In this document: in pieces, positions 53,400 to 64,000 of the stretch
Numbering within the stretch: position 1 is the stretch's first letter
How the letters are laid out: each line of letters starts with the position of its first letter
The notes under the pieces: model-generated
What the model was told of the DNA's origin: nothing
Databases searched by the model: none
The model's input: the letters and a program-made list of their open reading frames with translations, nothing else
Source: Octopus sinensis
Taxonomy: Eukaryota
NCBI RefSeq assembly: GCF_006345805.1
Contig: NC_042997.1
Location: forward strand, 37,386,001 to 37,450,000
Reading direction: 5' to 3'
Length of the DNA stretch: 64,000 nucleotides
Program-made: the position numbers and the translations under genes

Positions 53400-56080
53400 T
53401 GCGAGAAAACGAGGGTGTGTGTGTGAGTGTGTGCGTGTGTGTGTATGTGTGTGTATGGTGGACAGTGGCTAGTAGCAGGCAGTAGTAGAATTAAAGGAGT
53501 GTGTGGGGGCACCCTAGCAAGTCAGAAAGGCAGATCAGAAACAGGGAGGTATGTGTGTGTGCGTGTGTATGTATGTGTGAGTGTGTGCGTGTGCGTGTGT
53601 GTATGTGTGTGTGAGGCGAGATAAAAAAACAAAAAATATGTATATGTTAGTGCGTGCAGGGCGAACGGATGACGTAGCAAGTCTCGAGTGAGTGGTCAGT
53701 GGTAAAAAAAGGGAGGAAGGAGGGAAGAAGGGAAGGAAGGGAAGGGTGGGGGCGTATGTAACGTGCCAGTGTGTGTGTTGAGTGGTAGTGTGTCCAGTGT
53801 GCGTAGTTGTGTGTATGGCAAGTAAAATTGAAGTGTGTGTAAGTGTAATGTATATATATATGCAAATGTGTGTGTGAGTGGGTGTGTGTGTGTGTGTGCG
53901 TGTGTGTACAAAGATGGGGGGTTTAAGGAAAAAACTGCAGCGGAGGGGGAAGGGGAAGATGGAAGAGTGGTCCCGCGGCGACAGGCGTGGGAGAACCCAA
54001 AGACACGCGCCGGCCCCAGATACGTACAGGAGATCAACCACGAGCGTGGTGCATGGATGCGTGTATGCGTGCGCGAACGTGCACAAGTGTGTATGTGCGC
54101 GCGCCTGCGAGTGTGTGTGTAAGTGTGTATGTGTGTGGATGTGTGAGTGTTTATGTGTGTAAGTCTGGGTGTCAGTGTGTCCGATGAATGTATGTAAGTA
54201 TGTGTGTGTATATGTGTGTATATAGATGTATGTCCGTGTGTGTGTGTGTGTGTGTATGTGTGTGTGTATGTATGTACGTGTGTGTGTGTGGAAGTGTGTG
54301 TATGTGCATGTGTGTGCGCGTACATGCAGTGTGTGAGTGAGTGTGTGTGTGTATGTATGTATGTATGTGTGTAGGCGTGTGTGTATAGGTGTATGTATGT
54401 ATGTATGTATGTGTGTGTGTATGTATGTGTGTGTGTATGTGTACGTGCGTGTGTGTGTGTATGCATGTATGCATGTATGCGTATGCATGTGCGTATGTGT
54501 GTGTGTGTGCATGTGTGTAGGTATATATGTATGTGCGTATATGTGTGTGTATGTGCATACATGTGTGTGTGTATGCATGTGTGTGTATGTAGGTGTGTAG
54601 GCGTGTGTGTATAGGTGTATGTATGTAAATATGTATGGGTGTGTCCGTGTGTGTGTGTATGCATGTGTGTGTATGCATGTGTGTGTATGTAGGTGTGTGG
54701 GCATGTGTGTATAGGTGTATGTATGTATGTATGTATGGGTGTGTCCGTGTATGTAGGTGTGTGTGTACGTGTGTAATATATGTATGTATGCGTGTGTGTG
54801 CGTGTGTATGCGTGTGTGTGTGTATGTAGGTGCGTATGTATGTGTGTGGGAGTGTAGGTGTGTGTGTGCGTGTATGTGTGCGTGTGCGTGTATATGTTGG
54901 TGTGTGTGTGTGTGAGTGTGAGTGTATGGGTGTTTGTCATACATGTGTGTGCGCGTGCAGGCGAGTGTGTGTGTAAGTATGTGTATGTATGTGTGTGTGT
55001 ATGTGTGTATGTATGTGTGTATGTATGTGCGTATAGGAGTATGTAAGTGTGTGTGTGTATGTGTGTGGGTGTATGTATATATGTGTGTGTGTGTGCATGT
55101 GTGTAAGCATATGTGTGTGTGCGTATGTATGTGTATGTGTTTATGTATGTGTGTAGGTATGTGTGTAGGCGTGTGTGTATAGGTGTATGTATGTATGGGT
55201 GTGTGTCTGTGAGTGTTTGTGTGTGTAGGTATGTGTGTATGTATGAGTGAAGGTATGGCTGTGTAGGTGTGTGTGTGTATGAATGTAAGTGTGTGTGTGT
55301 ACAAGTGTAATTTATGTATGTAGGTGTGTGTGTGTGTGTATGTGTGTGTGTGCGTGTGTATGTGTGTGTATGCGTGTGAGTGTGAGTGTAAGGGTGTATG
55401 TCTGTGTGTGTATGTCTGAAGTAGGTATGTGTGTGTATGTATGTATGTGTGTGTGTGTGCGGGTATGTGTGTGTGTGTGTATGTGTGTGTGTAAGTGTGT
55501 GTGTGAGTAGGTGTGCGTGTATGTATGTGGGTAAGGATGCATGCGTGTGTGTGGGTATGTATGTATACATACGCACGCACACACCCGAAGCACGCCCACA
55601 CACACGAAGCACGCTCACACACACAACACACAAACAATACGACGCAAGCCCATGGGGCCGACCAGCCCCCAGCACGCGCCAAGGCGTGCGCGCGCGGGGC
55701 CCCCGAACAACCCGCTCCACGGGAACCGAGGATCCATCAACCAAGACCAGAAAGCAGAAAAGAGGTGGGGCTGCCTGGGTGCAAATAGGTGTATGTGTGT
55801 GTGCATTCGTGTAAAGGTGTGCATGTGTGGGTATGTGTGTATGTATGTGTGTGTGCGTACATGTATGTGTGCATGTGTGTGTGTGTATGTAAGTATAGGT
55901 GTGTGAAGTATGTATGTGCGATGTGTGTGTGTGTGTGTATGCATGTGCGTATGTATGTGTGTATGTATGTATGTATGTATGTCTGTGTGTGTGTGTGTAA
56001 GTATGTATGTGTGTACGTAGATGTGTATCCGTATGTGTGTGTGTGAACAGGCGTGTGGGATGTGGGTAGGTGTGTGTGGG
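53400..56080. repeat. ~2.6-kb cryptic (TG)/(TATG) low-complexity tract
   Basis: Mixed GT/AT dinucleotide sequence; source of the 715-aa and 682-aa His/Thr/Tyr pseudo-ORFs. Confidence 0.9.
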
Positions 56081-57743
56081 GGTGTTTATCCGGAAAAAAA
56101 AAAGAAAAAACCTTAGGAGGAGGGGGCTGTGTTAAGTCCGTGTGGGGTAGTGGTTTGTAGGGTGAAGATGTAGCGTTGCTCCAAGTGGAGCCTAGAAAGT
56201 AGACGACCATTGTGGGGGGCGAGATATATATATATAATATATATATATACACATCCCACTCGTTCTCCCCATCTCTGTACTTCTCACAGACACACACCTG
56301 ATGATCTCCTACGATCAGCTTCCCATGTGATGTGCATTCGCACTCACTTACTTTTTGCACAGGCATGCACACGCACACACAAGATCAAGTGCGCACGCAA
56401 GATCACACAGCGTATAAACGTATCTGCCGGTACGTTCTTTTAGGTTTTAACCTTTTTTTTTTTATCTTACTCCGCTTTTATTTTCCTTCGCTTTCTCTTT
56501 CTCCTTCTAAAGAGATTCCCATTTCCTTCTCTTCCTTTGGTCCAACCATCCACATCCACGGCATCTATCCTAACTCAACTCTCTCTGAATGATTTTACCA
56601 ATATTTAGTCTCAGTGCAATTTATCATTTCTTCCCAATCCTTCATCTCTCAGGATTTTCAGCGAGTTACCTTATTAAAAACATAATTTCATTCTTCCGTT
56701 ACAAACACTTTAAACTTCAATAAGTGCAAATACCTCTATATACATTATTCTAACCTTTCAATGTACCTTATCGAAATTTCTTTTATCATTTGCTCACCAT
56801 AATCTTACAAAACACTGAACTTTTCACCACTGTTGTGCAGTTTTTAAATCTTTTTTCTCTTTCGTTTATCAGGTAATTTCACTTGTTCTATTCGTTCTTT
56901 ATACCAGAGTTTTTTTTACTGTAATGTAAAAAAAAATTTGTCAAATTTTTCTTCTTACATTTCGTTTTCTGCTCATCTATCCCTGACCTCATATTTTTGC
57001 TTCTTTTGTTCTTACATTCCTGTCCAATAACAGCAACGCACTCCTATACCTCTGCCCACACTTCTATCACACCAGCCATATTCCTTTTACCTTCACGTCT
57101 TCTCCCCAATTTTCCTCCTTCCTTACTCACTACACCACCACCACCACCATTACTTTCCACTCTTTCCATTTAAACACAATCCGCTTAAGCACACACACAC
57201 ACACACACTCTGACACACGCCATCACTTCCCATCCCACTACACTTCCGCAATAAATTCTGTACACATATCAACTAAACTAAAACCCACCTACACCACCCT
57301 CCTTCATACCAAATTGTAAACGGATATACTCGTATACACGCACACATACCATTCTTTTCCTCCTTTCTTAACACCATCCCCTGCGCATGTAGAGCACTTT
57401 CCCACCTGGCTCCTAACCAGGTGAATGTCATCTGAAATATCGTAAAAGTTTAAATCGAAGTATTGAAGTCAATTATATATATATATATATGTGTGTGTGT
57501 GCGTGTGTGTGTATGTATGTATATGTATATGTATATGTATATATATATACTAAGCAATAAAGGGTTTAGCAACGAATTGCCTTACCACATACCGAATTTA
57601 GAAATAGCAGTCAAAGGGTTATAGCTATTTCTTCTACTAAAAAGGGAGATCTCAGTAAAAACAGCAATTACATGCCGAAGACTACTTGGTGTAATTGATA
57701 ATTATTCCAATTAATTAATTTCACCCTTCATTATTATGTATAT

Positions 57744-57777
<34 letters not shown>

Positions 57778-57784
57778 ATATATA

Positions 57785-57852
<68 letters not shown>

Positions 57853-58616
57853 TATATATATATTTAAGCTGTAAACAATGGATTTAATACTAGCTTCTCA
57901 TTTTGTTGCTGAATTCTAGAGCTTGCACGCACATATATTAATATACGCATACACACACAGAGAACACGCGCACAAGCATATTAGATGCATATATTTCATA
58001 CAGACCCAGAGACAAGGGCGGGAGAGAGGAGACGTAGTAGATAGAAGTATGTAGATAGAACTATGCAAATATGTAGCTTTTATTACTTAATGTTACCGTC
58101 TATAAGTTTACAGGTATGTGCATGTCATGAGTGAATGCATGCATGTTTGTGAATGTGTATACATATACGCGTGCTTTTTCTCACTTGCATGTTTGTGTCA
58201 AAAGGTCTTATCTTAAAAATGAAATCCGAATGTGATATGCAAATTTAATCCTATTACAACGAAAAAGAGAGTCCGCATTATAGAAATAACGTATATACAA
58301 ATTATGATCTAAAGTTTCTTTTTCAAATTCTGTTAATCTCATTAAAATATCACGATTATATTATATGACCAAAAGTCGGGTATTTATAACGGTATAATGT
58401 ATATAAAATTTAATGCGATATATAAGTCCCCACTAATATTTTTTCGTCTACTGACATGGCGCTAAGATGTAGTTGTTTGGAATTACAATATGTATTACGT
58501 TTGATATTTAAATAGTTTAAATAACTAACGCTGGATATATGCCTATTATATATGTGGGTATATATGTTATATATGTAGATACACACACACGCACACACGC
58601 TATATATATATGCATA

Positions 58617-58843
58617 CAGGGTGGCAATAAAACCACTATACATTTATTTATAATACAAAAGCAGGTGGCTTGCACATCGAACAGTATGTGTAATAAATTT
58701 AATATAGTTAAGCATAGCATTTTATTGTTAACAACCAGAACTGAACAGAAACATTTTTGATGATATATTTCTGGACTGTTGGTTAATTGCTTTGCCTTAA
58801 TTGTGATTTTAAGTAACTGTATAGTGACTTAATTGCCACCCTG
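58617..58843. mobile_element. Tc1/mariner-type MITE (227 bp)
   Basis: TIRs CAGGGTGGCAATaaaaccactataca / tgtatagtgacttaATTGCCACCCTG with TA on both sides. Confidence 0.85.
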
Positions 58844-58848
58844 TATAT

Positions 58849-58917
<69 letters not shown>

Positions 58918-58933
58918 ATATATATATACATAT

Positions 58934-59009
<76 letters not shown>

Positions 59010-59011
59010 TA

Positions 59012-59044
<33 letters not shown>

Positions 59045-62000
59045 GATATATATATATATAGTAGTCAAAGAAATAAAGGATATTCCAAAAGAATTAGTTA
59101 GAGATGTTTCGATAGCAGATGTAATGAAGGCTACTAGGTATTAGATTTATTAAAATAAGAGAAAGCAGGGATATAAGGTTAATTGTTCCAACTGCTATTT
59201 CTACGTTAATTCTGGTTAACTTTATAAGACAGAAACTGAACGAAAGAATGTACAAGATATTTTTTATCATTCTTTTATGTATACTTAAAAATACACACGC
59301 ACACACATCCCTGTACAAACATAAACATCCACTTAGGTGTGTGTGTGTGTACGTGTATGTATACATGTATATATATGTGCACGTACCTATGCGTGTATGA
59401 ATGTATGTATTTATATGACGCCGAAAATTCGCTATACCTTACTCCAAATTTTCGGAATCCCACAATTTCTAGTATAATAGAGAAAAAAACGTTTGATATA
59501 CATAGCTTACAAATAAAATAATGCTAATATGTGAACCCAAGATACTGGATATTTTAGCATCGACGTCGTTCATATTCTTTTAACACACGAAGCAATGCTT
59601 ATATCGATCGGACACTGCTTCTTCTGTGCAACTTGATATATTTATCCTCATCTAAAAGGTGCTTTAAATTAATTGAAGATTACATTAGTCTCCACCACAC
59701 TACAATTGTAAATATATTATTCCTGAACTCCTCCGATATATTATTTCTGAACTCTTTCTGTATTATTGTTACAGAAAGTGTCTCCCATCTTTTCAAACCC
59801 AAAGCTATGTGTTATTATTACTTTTTTTGCTCTTGCTTTTTTTTTTTCTGTACCCAAGTAATGTAGTTGTTTCTGTACACTCGGAACCCCTTGTATTTCT
59901 TTCCGCAACTCACAGAAAGGGAAAAAATCTCACTTAAAAGCGTAAAAATTATCCCTTTTCATTGTTTTGAATGTTTCGAATTCTCTAACTGATCTTCCCA
60001 CCCCTCCCTTTGTTTTCACTTCTCCTTTTGTGATTTTGCACGTACTGATCTCGCATATCTGTCAAGGTTCAGTAAATCTGTTGCCGATTTGCCTCCCTTT
60101 CGCATATTTATTAAAACAAGATTTCTTGGTATTGTTTTATATTTATTGTCAAAATCGCATATGAGCACGGTTAGAAAGGGAGTAATATTGGTATAGATTC
60201 AGATGAACATATCCTCATAAGAGAAATATTCTAAACGAACTTCAAAAAACATGAAAATGTATTATTGAAAGCGGTCTAGAAATAGCGATAAATTATATAT
60301 GCTATAAAAGCATCTATGAAGAGGAATTTTTATTTTCCGTGTTGTTTAGAAAATGCGATTATTAATTTTCAGTTTATGTATTTTATAAGAAATTTTTCTA
60401 TCAAGAGAAATCTACATAACGAATATCATGCTGTGTCCTCTCATGTCAACATAGAAATAACTTATATAATATATATTATATCTGGCAAATAGTCAGATAT
60501 ATTTTATTAAACCTTGATGTAGCGATACTAAAGACTGAAAACAAATATGATCCCAAACTGAAATAGATATATTTATAATTGAACCCCAACAGAAATGTAT
60601 ATTTGGAGATATGCGTGTGTGTGCGCGAGTATATGTGTATCTATAAGTGTGTGCATTTGCATGTGTGTATGAACGTACTAAGGTATAATAATTGTCCTCG
60701 TATGATATACAGAAAAGGTCACATGTGATTGGATGAATATAAACAATACTTCTGTTTCATGAGTCAGTAAGTACCACATCAGAATAGGATTTGGACTTTT
60801 GATACTGAGAAACACAGCAGCGCAGAAAAAGATGCTGTTTCCATATATAATATAAAAGAAAGGAGAAAACTAACTAGGAATAAATGTATTGAATGAAGTT
60901 AGTGCTATATACACTCACTCATATATATATGTGTCTATGTATGTGTTTCATTTAGCGTGTAGAAAAAGCTAGTTGTGAGTTGAAGTGTATATATACTTAT
61001 TTGTAAATAGGTGTATATTTTTGCACGTACGATGAAAGAATTGTGGAATTTAAAAATTTTAAGACACATACCTGCAGAATAATTAGAATAATTAGAAACA
61101 ATAATTTGCAAAATTACTTTCCCGTCCTTGCTCTTCGGTTTATTAAATTAAATTACATTAAATTAAAACCATTTGGAAGATTATTGAAAACTCATATAAT
61201 TATTATCATATACACTTCAACATTGCATCCACGAATCGCTTAGAAAATTGAGTTGGCCTGCTGAAAATATCTATCGGCCCCGAAACATATCCACAAACAT
61301 CTACTGTCATGGGAATTAACACTTGTAGTCAAGAAAAAGAAAGAAAGTAACATGCTCTTAGCAAGCGGGAGACATGTTTGATAACTTATTCCATTCAATC
61401 AGTCAGATAATTTTTGTCAATGTTCATTTGTCATCAATCGCAAACTTTTCAATGAGACATTCGCTCTCTACGCCAGATAAGCTTCAGGCCAGTCTTTTAG
61501 TTTTGACTTTTCTACTGATGTAGTTGTATGAATGTGTGTCAGAATGTACGTGAGAACATAAGTGGAAATGTATGTGGGAAATGAAGAGATAATTTATGTG
61601 TAATGTGTGCGTATGTGCAAGTGTACGTGATGGTGTGTGTGTGTGTGTGTGCGTGTGTGTGTGTGTGCGTGTGTGTGTGTGTGCGTGTGTGTGTGTGTGC
61701 GTGTGTGTGTGTGTGTATGGGCGAGGTTGAGTGGTGTAGTTGGTTGTGTGAGTTAGTGCATTGGTTAGCAGGAAGAGAGAAAGAGAAACTATGTACATAT
61801 GTGCATGAGTGTGTGTTTATGCGTGTATGCATTCTGGTGTGCGTATGTATATTATATACTTTGAATGTAAGTGCATTTGTGAGATCACTTGTGTCTCTGT
61901 GTGCGCGCTCGTTCATTGATGTGAATGGTAAAAACCTTTCTCTTTCATTTATCTATTGGTCCTCTCTTTTGGACCATATAGTGCGTGTATGTGTGTCTGT

Positions 62001-62764
62001 GTGTGTGCGTGTGTCCATGTGTTTGTCTGTGTGTGTGTCTCTGCCTGTCTGTCAGTGCGTGTATGTGCATATAGTGTTGGGATGTGTTACTTGTTTATGG
62101 GATGGTATGGACCGAATTGGAATTTAATGATATTAAGTTTTTTATTAATCCTCACAAAAATGACTTTAATTCCAATTCAACTTCAATTTTGCCCACGCAC
62201 ATAAATCAAATAGTTGCACACATGCATCAAAGTTGTTTGTTTAATATCCCAGTGTCGTGGCGAATTAGATGTGGTCTGTACATTTTAACCGCATTCTTCT
62301 CATTAAGTAATGATTACCATTCTTATATTATAGAGTGAATTTCTATATCTGCAGTAACGATGTGTGATGTGGATGTATTGGAAATACTTTAAACCGTAAT
62401 TTGCTCTGTATGTAATCATACTTATCTTTGGCATGTCTTTAGAACATCGATGTATATTTCTTAATAGAGTACTCATTCCAATAAACCCCCATTCTTTCTG
62501 CCAAACTTCAGACGGTTTCACCATAAACTGTAGTTAAGGTCTTACGCTCTCCATCCGTGTAATTTAAACCAGCTCTTCGCATGATGTTTACACCGGGCCC
62601 CACTGTAACTTTCCTGAAATATGTGTGGTCCACTGGTGGTTGGGAGAAAAAGTACACCTTACTTTTGATTATATCACAATTATTTAATACAAAAGAATTT
62701 ACCGGCAACTATTTATTTAAGTATTGAGTGCAACAACAATAGTAGATAATTGACTATTTAAAAA

Positions 62765-63110
62765 ATGAGAACCTGGCTACACCAGACCACCATGCTTCGA
62801 GGAGACAGCTTTGTTAGCTTCAGCCGTGAATCAACACGTTTTTTTAAATTTCAAATCCGCTTCTCTTAGCTCGAAGCAAATCTTCAACGGCATTAAAGCC
62901 ACACTCAACCAAATAAAACATGGAACATGAATCAAAAATTTCTTTGTTAAAATGGCAGTTTTTGAGTATTTCTTTTCATTTACCCGGGTTCTACTTGCGG
63001 AGCGTATGACCTACGTTTGGAATCCCTTCTTTCAATGGTAAACAGTGCATCTCGTTTTACAGTTATTTATACGCACAAAGCGTTCTTTATTTATACATGT
63101 GACCTAATTT
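62765..63110 (-). mobile_element. Possible hAT-Charlie C-terminal remnant
   Basis: Minus strand ends DSRLKLTKLSP...SQVLIF*, resembling the DLRLKLT.L.P...Q.H.SH* terminus of Charlie-like transposases; otherwise decayed. Confidence 0.4.
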
Positions 63111-63149
63111 ATTTTACCTCGTTTCGTTACAAACTTAATTCCAATTTTA

Positions 63150-64000
63150 CGAGGGGCGTTCAATAAGTAATGCCCCTGATCCACTTCCCATAGCAGTAGA
63201 GCAACGAAACTTGGCACAGTTATTAGTCTTTTTCTACATAAGAACCACCCAGAGTTACGCATTTCTCCCATGTTTGATGCAGCTCTGAAGACCGTTTTTG
63301 TAGAAGAACTTAGCTTGTCCTCCAACACGACGTGACTTCAGAAATCAAGGCTGCATCATCTGGGAAACGCTTTCCTTTCAAAAGCAACTTCATGGCTGGG
63401 AAGAGGTGAAAATCAGAGGGTGCAAGGTCAGGAGAGTAAAGGGAATGGGGGATGAGTTCATAGCCACACGCCTGTGCTTCTGATCTGGCGACACGCGAGT
63501 TGTGGATCGGAGCGTTGTCCTGCAGGAGGAGGATGACTTTGCTGATCTTGCACCGCCTCTTGGTTTTGATAGCTTCTCTTAATTTCCTCAAAATTGAAGC
63601 ATAATAGACTCCTGTAATTGTGGCACACTTTGCCAGGAAATCTGTCATCATTACTCCGTCCTGGTCCCAGAAGACTGTGAGCATGACCTTGCCAGCGGAG
63701 GGCTGTACCCTTGCCTTCTTTGGAGGAGGTGAGCCACGGTGCTTCCACTACATTGACTGGGCTTTGGTCTCTGGATCATAGTGATGGACCCAGTTTTCAT
63801 CCTGTGTAATCAGTCTTTTGAAAAATTTTGACTCATCTTCTTGGCACATCTCCAAATTCATCCTCGAGCAATCGACGCGTTCTTGCTTCTGGAAAGGTGT
63901 GAGCAACCTGGGAATCTATCTGGCAGACACCTTTTGCATATGCAAATGGTCATGAATGATAGTTTCCACAGACCCGGTGCTAATCTTGACCTCATGCGCT
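63150..64000 (-). mobile_element. mariner (DD34D) transposon, 3' part, runs off the window
   Basis: ITQDENWVHHYDPE, GKVMLTVFWD, LQDNAPIH-(34 aa spacing)-YSPDLAPSDFHLF; TIR TA|CGAGGGGCGTTCAATAAGT at 63150; stop and frameshift present. Confidence 0.95.

Noticed and set aside
53535-55744. 715-aa and 682-aa His/Thr/Tyr-rich ORFs
   Set aside because: They are translations of a (CA/TA)-type low-complexity tract that lacks stops by composition; there is no domain signature.

Overview
AT-rich eukaryotic repeat-dominated DNA. The two abundant tRNA-derived SINE families and the microsatellite density resemble an octopus/coleoid genome, but this is an inference from pattern recall, not a database result. 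No host protein-coding gene could be identified with confidence; most long ORFs in the track are microsatellite artefacts. The window holds decayed non-LTR retrotransposons (RTE, R4/Dong-clade, CR1/L2-group), decayed DNA transposons (hAT-Charlie, maT DD37D-like, Tc1, mariner DD34D, Helitron, two MITEs), many SINEs and long microsatellites. The most interesting signal is a set of minimal type I hammerhead-ribozyme (HHR) motifs of the Penelope/retrozyme style. (i) A tRNA-headed SINE carries a hammerhead in its tail and occurs as two copies fused exactly head-to-head at 49767/49768. (ii) Two tandem hammerheads lie 394 nt apart at 3.1-3.55 kb. (iii) Further HHR-like variants occur at about 4.05, 10.0 and 53.2 kb. 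Other points of note: an R4-clade element apparently associated with (CATA)n, a SINE flanked by a ~109-bp direct repeat, a ~690-bp A-B-A-B-A array bounded by (TA)n, and a nine-unit inverted SINE array.
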